Below, in pieces: positions 14,257 through 26,600 of a stretch of DNA of 64,000 bases. Source of the stretch: Lytechinus pictus. Lineage: Eukaryota. The translations under genes and the position numbers were made by a program. The notes beneath the pieces were generated by a model that was not told the origin of the DNA, ran no database searches, and was given only the letters and a program-made list of their open reading frames with translations. Within the stretch, counting starts at the first letter, position 1, and the number at the start of each line of letters is the position of its first letter. The stretch spans positions 6,698,001 through 6,762,000 of the forward strand of contig NC_087251.1 in assembly GCF_037042905.1 (NCBI RefSeq), given 5' to 3'.

Positions 14257-14418
14257 ACTTACCTGCCAAAAAATTACGTTGTTGATACAGGTTGCTGTGA
14301 CAACTAATTGGAAATGCGCATGCGCAAGATGAAAATTTGAATATTCATATGGCCGATCTAAAACGAAAGAAAATCCACTCTGACTCTGCCGCCGGTCATT
14401 TTGAAAAAGCAAGTAAGA
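14257..14418. promoter_or_regulatory. Candidate bidirectional promoter with short non-coding first exons of TCTE1 (minus) and RPAP1 (plus)
   Basis: Minus-strand donor CAG|GTAAGT (junction 14263/14262); X-box-like GTTGCTGTGACAAC at 14291-14304; perfect TGCGCATGCGCA at 14315-14326; plus-strand donor CAA|GTAAGA at 14413; CpG-retaining region between divergent genes. Confidence 0.6.
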
Positions 14419-14598
14419 TTTACCTTTACATGGATTCTTAACATTCAATTTGGTTTGTGGTGGGCCGTGGTGCTTAATTTAAGCCAAGTTTAAAATAATA
14501 AGTTTCGAAGTTTGTTTGAACTTGTTTTATCCGTGCAGTAAACTAAGAAGTTTGGTCATTCATTTTCTTGCATTGTCCCACACCTTTCTATCCATGTA

Positions 14599-15209
14599 CC
14601 GTAAGGGCACTAGTATTCAACCCGTTTGGAGAGTTTCCTCAAATATATAGAAATATAGAATTTACCTGAATTTCAGACCCGTTTTATTTCCAAGAGCAAA
14701 TGCTGGTTATTCTTTTTCCGTTATTTTTTTCTTCAACCAGTTGACTATGTGCGCGGGCGATCGAATTATACGGCGACGGTTTTTGGTACTAATATTCAAC
14801 CCGTCGGTACTAGTATTCAACCTAGCGATGAAAGATGGCCCTGTCTCTCAATCTGCCCTTGTCCCATCCGACTATGGACTAGACCATTTGAGATGAGACC
14901 AAACAGGGAATTAATCAAAGCCAGAGACTTACATAGATCTAGATCTAATTTAGCAATCTAAACCCTTTTGAGATTTGCTATCAATCCTCACTAGGTTGAA
15001 TACTAGTACCATTCAGTGCAAAAGGCCATCGCCGCATAATTCGATCCTCCGCGCGCACAGTCGACAGCTTGACAAAGAAAATATCGACAACAGATTACCC
15101 TGGAAATAACAAAGGTATGAAATTAAGATAAATTCCCTATTTCTAAATATTTTGGGGAATATGTCAAAATCTTCGAATTATGCCGGGTTGAATACTAGTA
15201 CCCATACGG
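14599..15209. mobile_element. Tc1/mariner-like fold-back MITE
   Basis: TA|CCGTAAGGGCACTAGTATTCAACCCG...CGGGTTGAATACTAGTACCCATACGG|TA; long imperfect inverted arms with repeated ACTAGTATTCAACC. Confidence 0.85.
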
Positions 15210-15354
15210 TACTGTATGTAAATACATGTACGCACAGCTTTCGTAGCGCGCCGTAGTTAGCGGCCGAAGTTAGCTAGCGTAGCCGTAGGCTAGCTGGCGC
15301 GGCCGGCCGGCATAGCCATAGGCCGTAGGTAGGGTAGGCAACGCCCGGCACCAG

Positions 15355-16383
15355 GGGCCCGTTTCTCAACAACATAAGTCTAACTTCTTGACTAAATCGG
15401 AGATAGTGAGCTACTTGTCCGCTAACCGTTTCACGAAGCCCTCTTTACCAAGATCGGGTACAACAACCTCACTAAATATTTATGACACCTCCGAACCTGT
15501 CATAACTTCTTTCTTAATGACGTAGTGGCATCACGTGGGTAGACTATGACATGCAAAATTGCCTCGAAATTTGAAAATTGTAATCTTACGTAATCATTCA
15601 TAGAAGTTGAAATTACATTGCAAAACAGGTGTGATAGATCATTCAATAGTAATTGTTATGCACAGAAACTATCAAAACTGTTGGTAAAACGCAACAAAAC
15701 CACTCATTTTAAAATAGTAAAGTAATTGAATCGATAAAGATTCTACCACGGCAGGTCATCCATAACTGGACTCGTATTCGTCGTTTTCAAACACTTATCA
15801 ACATTTTTGATAAATTCTATCTCTAATTTATGCAAAGAATTTGTCAAATCGTGTGTTTCGGTATGTAAAAAAATTTAAAAAAATTAATTTAAACTATATT
15901 TTGATGATGTTTGGAACCATAAATAAACGTATAATTATCATTATTTTACAAACATAACAATTGTGGTTTACTTTCGTAAACTATCAAAATTTACTATCCC
16001 GGGGATACCCATCTCATTGTCCCCATGTGATTTTTTAGTCATGAAATGATATATTCATAATTTGATTTTCTCAGCAATTAGATGCTCAAGTCTTCATGGT
16101 TTAAGTATGCATGGTTCATATTTTGCCTCTGCTATTATTTTTATTAGATGTATTTCCAAATTAATCACAATAATTGCAGTTTTATCACATTTTTGCTTTT
16201 CAAAAATTATGCTATTTTGTGACTAAGGCTACGTCTCGTCTGCTCTTTTTAACGATAATATCGATATCAAGGTATGCTAAGTTAGGAAGCCTTTCGAGAA
16301 ACAGGTTTAGTAAGATTGGAATTAACTCCGTGGTTGGTGGATAAAGATAAGACTAACTTGTCCATGTGTTGAGAAACGGGCCC
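15355..16383. mobile_element. Non-autonomous PIF/Harbinger-like element B1
   Basis: TIR GGGCCCGTTTCTCAACA at both ends; CAG on both flanks (15352-15354 and 16384-16386). Confidence 0.85.
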
Positions 16384-16386
16384 CAG

Positions 16387-18920
16387 GGGCCCGTTTCTCA
16401 ACACATGGACAAGTTACTAGTTAGTCATATCTTTATCCACCAACCACCTGACCACGGAGTTAGTTCCAATCTTACTATATAAACCTGTTTCTCGAAAGGC
16501 TTCCTAACTAGAGAAGTAGAATACCTTCTTGATATCGATACTATCGGTAAAAAGAGCAGACGAGACGTAGCCTTAGCTTAGTTTTTAGTCGCAAAATAGC
16601 ATAATTTTCAAAAAGAAAAATTATGAAAAAATTGCAAATATTATGATGAATTGGGAAATAAATATGTTCAAAATAATAGCACAGGTGAATTATGCATCAT
16701 GCATACTTAGACCATGAAGACTGGAGCATACAATTGCAGAGAAAATCAAATTATGAATAATTCATTTCATGACTAAAATTAAAAAATCACTTGTGGACGT
16801 TGAGATGGGTACCCCCTGGAGACCCAATTTTAATAGTTTGCGAAAGTAAACCATAACGGTTTTCTTTGTAAAATGATGATAATTATACGGACTTTTACGA
16901 TTCCAAAACGTCATCAAAATATAGTTTAACGAAACATTTTTAATCATTGATACTGAAAGATACGATATTGGACAAATTATATGCATAAATTAGAGATAGA
17001 ATTCATCCAACTGTTAATAGGGTCTGAAAACAACAAATACGAGTTCAGTTATGGATGGCCTGACGTGGTAGAATCTTTATCGATTAAATCATTTTACTAT
17101 TTCTAAATGAATGGTTTTGTGGCGTTTACCAACAGTTTTTATAGTTTCTTTGTATTACCATTAAGCCCGAGTCGAATCGATTTTAAAATTGGTGTTCGAT
17201 CGATGTCATCGAGCGCCGGTGCAGATTTTGCAAAATCGGTGCATCGAAAAAATAAAAAATAAAATACGTCGGCCGGCCGATTCATTTGGTTCACACAATC
17301 AATCATCAAAAATCAAAATAACAGTAATGTCCAACTTGACTACTACTTACTTGATTTATATTGCCCTCAAAATGAAACCCATTGTGTAATTATGATGCCT
17401 ATTCACCATTAATTTGAAGTTTATTTCGATCATAGTTCGAGTCTTACTCGTCTGCTCGTGCCGAGATAATTTATGCACGATGAATTCATGAATGAAAGTC
17501 ATCGCCATCGATCGTGCATGCGCAGTACTGTGCTTTAATCAAACCAGAAAATGGCTGGAAAATTGGCGCGATCAACGTAAAATAAATCTTGCTTTCATGA
17601 ACAATATTAATATCATGACCTTAGAACACGATTTAATCGTAATAATTAACAATAATTCGCATATGATAATCATTAATATGAATTTAGAGCTTGATGTGAA
17701 ACGTTTGTATTTCGTATCAATTTTCAATTCACGGACGTCACATGACTATCGACTTGAGTGAGTGCACTTGTCTAAAAAAATAATTATCACGTCAGGATTG
17801 ATTCTCGAACATTGTCAACATGCAGAAACTCTTTTCAAGATCGTAATATCACCATATAATAACATTTTACATGACAAAACAGAGAAAATTGTGTTTGATA
17901 TTTTTACCCATCAATTTGAAGCTAGTTTGTGCCCAACTTTGGGCTCTGATTTCATGAATGGAAAATATGTCATACGTCATCGAACGCGCATGCGCATTGT
18001 GCTTCTTTTCTCGGAGCTCGGAGACGTCGTCCAGAGATGGAATAAAAATAAAGATACTGCCAGTATAATACTATTAATTCTTCCATATGAACATAACATA
18101 CTTTGCTGACATTGTCATTATTTTTAGTATGGCCATAAAATCTTATTAAATCGTAATTATTTAACATCCAAAGACCAACAATAATTTATATGAATTTAGA
18201 GCTCGATCCGAGACATTCGTATTTATTTCGATCGCATGCTATTGTGTCTGACTCTAAAATAAATGGATTATCAGGATTAATTCTCGAACATTGTCATAAC
18301 TCATATTCCACAATATTTCCTCACAATCGTTATATCAGCATTGAATACCAATTCAAATGACCATCCACAGAAAATTACGTATTTATTACCATCAATTTAT
18401 TTGGAGCTCATTTTGGATCTCAGGCAAGTTACAGCGCTCTCCGCTGGTCGCACTTGTTTGCTGGCGCTGGCAAGCACGCCTGTCGTTTCGGGAGAGTGAG
18501 TGTATGGGGCCGGGCTTGGGACGGGGCTGGTGTGTGCGAGTCTGGACTGCGAGTGCTAGTTGACCGAAAATCATTCGGATCGACTCTGCGTGATTCATGT
18601 CTTTAATATTGTTTCATTTTAAACTTATATGTTGTCATCTGCAAATATCATTGTTAGAGATATTTTGGGAAGAATTCTGCATTGGTACCCGGCCTTTTTT
18701 GTGTTTTGTGATGATGGAAAATACAAACGAAATTTGCTCCATCATCTGCTTGTGCAACGCTCACCCGGCCAGCGCATACCGTCTGTGCATGCGGTGCGTG
18801 CATAGCGCATCGGCGCGACGGCCGGAGCAAACAAAAAATGACTCGGTTAGCGGACAAGTAGCTCACTATCTCCGATTTAGTCAAGAAGTTAGACTTATGA
18901 CGGTGTTGAGAAACGGGCCC
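16387..18920. mobile_element. Non-autonomous PIF/Harbinger-like element B2, inverted relative to B1, longer interior
   Basis: Same TIRs. 16387-~17160 mirrors ~15650-16383, and 18845-18920 mirrors 15355-15428. No transposase ORF is visible. Confidence 0.8.
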
Positions 18921-19522
18921 CTGATTAGTGCTGTAGATATTTGTCCAAAAAGTCAATAGGTGAATTTGGGAAAGAGTTCCATATCATATGCGCCCCCCCC
19001 CCCCCACCAAAAATAAAAGATTGTTGAGACTCCCGGTCCGTTCACTTCAGATTTTTCTATGATTTTTTCTAGTCTTGATCTGACTTGGTTGAGGACTCCA
19101 TGAAAAGGCATGATGATGTTTTTTTTTTTTAATCCTTTGATCGAGTTTGACAACAAATATACTTCTTCATCATTGGAGTCATGAATCCCCTCCCATATAT
19201 GTATAAGAGACACATGTAAACAAAGATGGATTTCCCTAGGAAATCCATCTCTTTTATTAAAAGTCACGTAAATGGTTGTGATTTTATTAATCTCTACACC
19301 TTCCTACGCATTAGGCGTAGGAAGGTTTGAAAAATTGTCAATTAAAATGTTAAAAAATAAAGGTTTCTTACCAGACCGATGTCGTGTAGATCCCTCGATC
19401 CAAATGTACACAAAGCAAATACTTTTAGGGTCAACCCTTGATCCGCTTAATACGTATGACGTACATGTGGTTAGCGATGCCGTTTTGAAGAACAATTTAT
19501 AGATAAAAATTATTATTTCACA

Positions 19523-19903
19523 AATACTAAAATTTAATACGTGATTATAAATAATTAGTATATTAGTATATACTACTAATTATTTATAATCACGTATTAA
19601 ATTTTAGTATTACTTGCGGAAATAGACGCAATACTATTTGAAGTTATTTACGATAATTGTCCTCTTCTCTATGACATCGTAGTGATTCCGGAAGCATTCT
19701 CTTCAAGGGTGCATTACTTGCAGAAATAGACGCAATACTATTTGAAGCTATTTACGGTAATTGTTCTCTTCTCTACGACATCTACGTAGCGATTCCGGAA
19801 GCATTTGTGAACTCTTCAAGGGCGCATTACTTGCGGAAATAGACGCAATACTATTTGAAGTTTTTTAAGAGAAGAGGACAATTATCGTAAATTGCGTCTA
19901 TTT
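19523..19903. repeat. Perfect 38-bp inverted repeat followed by about 2.4 tandem units of 104-113 bp and an inverted fragment
   Basis: Arms 19523-19560 and 19574-19611; units start with ATTACTTGC(G/A)GAAATAGACGCAATAC at 19609, 19713 and 19826. Confidence 0.85.
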
Positions 19904-20646
19904 TTCATTTTCATCCAATATTTGGGCACTTTACCCTAGGGATTTAACAGAGTAGAAAAATAATGCCGGTCTTGTACATTGCCCGGCCATGAACTCACAA
20001 CCCTGTATACTGTATGTGCATTACGTGAATTGTGAACTGATATATCTCCAATCATGGATTATGCCAATGTCAACCAAGAAAAACAGTATTCATTTTGACT
20101 CATTAGAAATTTATAAATGTATTTACAATCTGCAGTTTGCAATCTAGTATAGTATTGCACTATATCTTTGTCTTTATCCAATAAAATGATTGGCCAGCAT
20201 GATTATGTTCTATAATGAAGACGATCATAGTTATCTTATTTGTCTGCTTTAGGAACCTTGTCAGAATCCAGACTGCGTCTTTCCCGCAAAATTCCTGCTA
20301 GCAGCTTTTCATTTCAAAATTTATATCATCACAGTCACCATGGACAAAACAAAAGGCATTGAAGACTGCAGGAAAGCTGCATAATTGATAGCGGGATAGA
20401 TGCGGCCTTATCACCTGTATTTCACAATTGTTGTGGCCCTTGATGAAAAATAATAGAGTTTAGATGTTGTTTGTAGTTGGTCGTTTTCACACCCAAATGA
20501 TGTCCTAGATCTAAGTCTACATCCCCTTTATATACAAATATTATTTGATGATAAGAAAATACTATTCAGTATAAGATGCTTTACAGATCAACAATTCTCT
20601 TATTTGTTCATCAAGAAAACAAATTGAACAAGAGATATCTTCAAAG

Positions 20647-23600
20647 ATGAGTCATAGGCCAAGCGCAGGAGAAACTGAGGAAGATCTTCTACGCCTTCAA
20701 GCCCAATTTGTTAAAGAGAAAACAAAGCCATCAGTGACCATCAAGAAAGCAGATAAGCGCAAGGCACCGGGTTCTGGATCAAACACTGGTTCCTCTGCAT
20801 CTACTGTTGGATCAACTGTCAAAAAAGATGTTGTCACTTTACCAGGTATGACTAAACCTGAAACCAATTGTGTCCAGCAAGTCCACAGTAAAATAACAAT
20901 TGTTCACCCTAGTCATGTTCCTTGAAAGAAATTACTGGTACATAAAATAGCCCTGTCAACTGTCCATATTTTATTTGCGTAATCCTATTTTTTTATCTTT
21001 TTTTTTTTTATTTGAGCTTGGGTGATATGATGATTGATGATCTCAAAATATTGTATTAAAATTTATAAGATATCACCTCTTACAAATTACAATATAGTGA
21101 AAAAATAATTTGTTTGAGACGTGAAAGCAAGGTCAAATAACAGTTCAGCAGCCCATTAATTATTAAGACTTCTCTAATCTAACTCACATATCATCACCAG
21201 AGTGTATTAAAAGTGAAGCATCATAAAATCAAATGTCATGTATTACCAACTCCCCCTAACATTCCAGTGAATTTTAAATCTATACTTTTTAAAATTTTGC
21301 CTTTGACTGATATTTAAAAAAAAGTGATAATTGTTGCAATATCATGCAATACATGCAGCTCTATTATTTCTCTAAGCATTCATTTTTGTTGTTTATTCAT
21401 TTGTTTTGTGTAATTAATTGTTTATGTATTTATCTTTTCTTATTTCATATTTATTCATATTTATTTCCAGTTTTCTGCCTTGATTTAATCTTATGCCCTA
21501 TTCACTATTGTAGATTTTTTTTTTTCTTTTTTTCAGGTATGCCAGGTATAACTTTTAAGTTGCAATTCTAATTTTTATTGCAAACATTCTCTCACCTTAG
21601 CCATAATTCTTATTATTATTGTTATTCCCAAGGGTTACCAACAAACCTCCTTGAAGCAGAGCAAGCACTATCTTCACGTCCACAGAAGAGGTCAAAGTTC
21701 AAAACCAGACAGGACCCATCTTCACATGTGAGCGAGAATTAAAAACATTTAACTGTCTTCAAAATTGATGCATTGCAATTACATCAGTACATATTCTAAT
21801 TCAAGAAACTATTTTTTCAGTTTCTGTTTAGAAACTTTCTCATGTAAATACTTTAAATATGAAATGTATTTCTTTTTTCATTCTGTGAAATAAATTTTTA
21901 TTGAACTGCCAAATTATAGATATACATCATGATTTAGATCATAAACTTATCACATTGAGTTCCATTAAGTATTAAGTTTCTCTTATGTTTTTGTTCTTTT
22001 TGACAAATTTTGATTTATGTTATACACTCTAGATTGATAATATTCTGTGCAATTTGTAATAATTATTATTGCAGGCTGCAGCCCAAAGCCACCTACCTGG
22101 ACAGAGAGTGACATTTGACCTTGATAATGATGATGATCCAGAAGCTGCAATGGACAGTTAGTAGTTTTTTTTATATGAATTTGTGTTTATAGAATTTTGA
22201 TAATGAGAAGAGGAGAGGCATTGTGAAAGATGGAGATTTAAGGTCAGTCTGAATGATAGTCTCATTCAGCCATGGTTAGACAAATCACTCTTCTTAATGT
22301 TTAAAAAAAAAAAAAAAAAAAACCATGAATTGTGCATTATGCCTTGAGTTGAAAACAGTCAACTACATTTGAAGAATGTCAAAACAAATATAAAAAAGGG
22401 AATAAAAGTATTTTGTGCACTTCTGTGCCAAAGGTATGCGGTTATACATCAAGATGCCAAAATTCCACTTGCCTAACCAACACTAAACCCTCCCCATACA
22501 TCTGAATGGTGTACACTTTGCTGAGGCTCAGGGTTTGAAAATTATTTTTCATATACAGAAACATTTGCATTTGATAAGTTTATTTGTAAGGAATACATCT
22601 GTTCCCATTTTTGTCTCGCCCACCAGAGGTGAAGGCGAGACTTAGGGATCCAAATGTCGTCTGTCGTCCGTCGTCTGTCCGTCACAAACCTAATGACACA
22701 TAACTCCACAACCGTAAGTCGCTTTTCAACCAAACTTGGATGGTAGATGGACTTGGGGGACCTGCATGTTATGCTTCAGTCGGAGGTCACATGGTAAGGT
22801 CAAAGGTCATTTTCAGGTCAACGTTAAAGTTTACATGCAAGACTCTCTTATGACACCTAACTCCGCAACCGTAAGTCACTTTTCAACCAAACTTGGATGG
22901 TAGATGGACTTTGGGGACCTGCATGTGATGCTGCAGTCGGAGGTCACATGGTTAGGTCAAAGGTCATTTTCAGGTCAATGTTAAAGTTTACATGCAAGAC
23001 TCTTATGACACCTAACTCCGCAACCGTAAGTCACTTTTCAACAAAACTTGGATGGTAGATGTACTTAGGCGACCTGCATGTTTTGCTGCAGTGGGAGGTC
23101 ACATGGTAAGGTCAAAGGTCATTTTCAGGTCAACGTTAAAGTTTAGGTGCAAGGCTCTTATGACAGTGTTATTCTATCCCAGTCATTTCACAATGAAGTT
23201 TTGATACAATTCTGTTGTGTGCCCTCGCATATCATGATATTTCTGGTTATTTTCATAAGTGGGCGAGACACAAAATCGCTTTTGCCTTGTTGTTAAAGAA
23301 ATAAAAAGTGTCAGAATTTATTCTCTACTCCTGGAGTGTTCATTTGGATTTTACTTCAAACATGGGTGACAATTGTATAAAATTACATTGGTTTGTCATG
23401 TGTAGAAAAAAAGGGGAAAAAATTATGGCCTTTGGTTATTCATAAATTATATTTAGAAAGTAAGTATTCTGTGAACTTTAATGTCAGTGCTAATCATTAT
23501 TCTATCCCTATTGTGTTTTATGGGTTTATCTAGGGCATGATACTCACATAACAGCAGTATTATCCAAGATACGGGTAAGTTATCTAAAGCATTTTAATCT

Positions 23601-26600
23601 GTGTGTGCTATTTTCTTTGTTGAATAGAGGTGATAAGAACATTCTATATAAAGTTGGAAATTTCTATAGATTAAACTTGTACTGTTTAGTCTACACACAC
23701 AAAAACATCTTTATGATTAATATTTACTCTTGCATTGATTCCTTATTTTGTAACAGAAAATTTATACTATGTGAGTGATAATGGTATTACTACAATTAAC
23801 TAGATTTGAACTTCGCTTTGTAACCTATTAATCATTTAATTTAAAAACAAATCATGAAGAAAATTAGAACAGGATTTCTAATTCAAATCAAGTGCTGTAA
23901 AATCATCACTAATTATATAGCATTGATTTATGATGGTGTCACTATATTTGATCTTACTCAGGAACAAGATATTAGAGAAAAACCAGTATTTCTTCCTCAG
24001 CCAACAAACAAAGCCTTTCCAACAGCTCTTCATAGATCACAAGCACCAATACAGGTAAATCAATTTACTACCAATTTAAATCTGATCTATCCCTCTTATG
24101 CTCTTAGAAACTGATTCATTTATTTTCTATTGCTTTGTATTGGTAGGATGAAAATTTGATGTTTAAACTTGTATATTATCACTTTCCTTCCAAATCCTGT
24201 CATTCCTGGAGTAAATGGAGCAGATTTAGGGTTTAAATGAGGTTTCAATGTGATTTTTTTTTCTTCAGGCAAGTGGACTAAAGACGGGTAAGAAGCGAAG
24301 TCTCTTTGCACAACAATTTGATTCTACACCTCCTGTAGACTTTGGTGTTACATTAGGACCACCTCCTAAAGCTGTGACTCATCAACTACAAAGAGATGTA
24401 CATGATGCAATGGAAATAGATGGTAAGTATGCCTTTGAAAGTGTTATTTGTCAAACTCATTCAGACAAACTCTGAAAACAAGTTCAAAATTATTTCTTGA
24501 TATTACTAACATATTAAAGGGATGGTCCGGGCTGAAAGTATTTAAAGCTTAATAAATAGAGTAGAATTCACTGAGCAAAATGCTGAAAATTTCATTGAAA
24601 TTGGATAACAAATAACAAAGTTATTGAATTTTAAAGTTTAGCAATATTTTCTGAAAACAGTCATCATGAATATTCATTAGGTGGGCCGATGATGTCACAT
24701 CTCCACTTGTTCTTTTGTATTTTATTATATGAAATTAGGTTTATTCAAATTTTTTCCTCCAAAAAATAGAAAAATTTGATTGACAACTGATTTAGTGCAT
24801 TAGATATTTAGTGCTGCAACTTATTTCATTATAAGGGAAACATATTAATCACACAAGTATGGAATAATAAACAAATTATGATTGTATGTAATAACATAAG
24901 AAAACAGAAAGTGGAGATGTGACATCATCAGCCCACCTAATGAATATTCATGACGACTGTTCTCGCAAAATATTGCTAAACTTTAAACTTCAATAACTTT
25001 ATTACTTGTTATCCGATTTTGATGAAATTTTCGGCATTTTGCTCAGTGAAATCTACTCTATGTATTAAGATATAAATATTTTAAGCCCGGACCATCCCTT
25101 TAAGATACTGATGCATCTACAGTTCAAACCATGTGTGAATCAGTCTTCTAATTTGGCACTTAATTTCATTTTCCTTACAGCAAAAAAAACCCAACAACTA
25201 TAACTACATATACCAGAAGATGGCATTCATATCAGCTGATAAAATTGAATTGTAAAGAAACCCTGAAAGTGATTAATATTAGCTGTGTACTTAGCTACTT
25301 CATTGAGTACTGGTGGGTGTTCCATAAAGCTGTTCGTAAGTTAAGAGCGTCTTTAAAAACGACTGGTAAACCTTTCTTATGAGCTAAATAATCACCAATG
25401 AACATTTAATGGTGAATATCATTTACCAAAAGAAAGGATCACCAGTTGTTCTTAAAGTCGCTCTTAACTTACGAACAGCTTTATGAAACGGCCCCCAGAT
25501 ATTATTCCCATAGACTTGAGTTGGGTTCCCCTGATTCCTGTAGGCAATGGTTTAAAACTAAGTTAACTTTCAAGGTCTGTTTTCATTCATATCCTTCAGA
25601 GTCATCACAATCATCGCAATCAATAGGGAAATCATTATCTGGGACAGGACCATTATCATCAGGGTCATATAGTGGAATATTAGAAGGTAGTGGTCTGATG
25701 GGTGAGAATGTTCCGCAGGATGTTGCCATGCAAACCACTCAGGATATCCAGAGTGAAAACCAATCCAAGATGGCTGCCATGTCAGAGGAAGAAATTCTAC
25801 AGGAGCAAGCAAAACTAAAAGCAATGTTAGGTTAGAAAGACAGAAATTATGGTTTATGGAGTCATATTGCATTATTTTGTTAAAAGAGTTCATCATAATT
25901 TTTAAAGGAAATTCTGGTGGATTATGTTCATGCCACATTGTTTTAATATCAGTTATTTGTAATATAAAGATCTAATTAATTTTAGAAATTGAAAAAGGCA
26001 TTTGTGTGTTGAGTTATTGGTATGGTTCTTCAAATATATAATTAATTGTAAAATCTATCAGGTGATGAGTATGGACTGTGAAGATATCTGAATGTATTCC
26101 CCTTTCCATAGATCCAAGTCTAGTGGCCTTCTTACAAGCAAGAAAAACTGGAACTGTTCAACATAAAAATGGTAGCCATCACGGTTTTCCACCAGTTAGC
26201 AAACCTGTCATGTCTTTATCAACACAGGTAATTTTTACTCTATTATTTTTGTAAATTTGCTCTGTGTGTGGGCAATTGATTTCATATCCTGGAATTCATC
26301 CTGCATTAGAAAGCATACAATATCATTAAAGTGATAATTTCACTTTGTTCTGGTTTAAAAAATTATCCTTTTGGTTTCTGAAAATGGGCTAAACATTAGG
26401 CTTATAGTGTAAAAATACCATCCTAAAAGTTTGAAAGTATTATATTTACAGGATCAATTTTAAAACCTTGGAGATGTAAACCAAAGTTTGAAAATAATTG
26501 GGAGTTGGTTTCAATGACTATGTGTATACAGGGAATCTGTGCACCACAACACATTAATTCTAGATGAACACAGCATGACCTACATACGGTGTGTACAAGG

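Noticed and set aside
17492..18959. ORFs inside element B2 as a transposase
   Set aside because: No DDE or Myb-like motifs are recognisable; short chance ORFs.
19609..19860. Repeat-spacer-like look (CRISPR?), also at 50612-50897
   Set aside because: The intervening sequences are also repeated, so these are plain tandem repeats; eukaryotic context with no cas genes.
26062..26091. C/D box snoRNA (GTGATGA...CTGA)
   Set aside because: Only about 30 nt long with no terminal stem, and too close to the acceptor.
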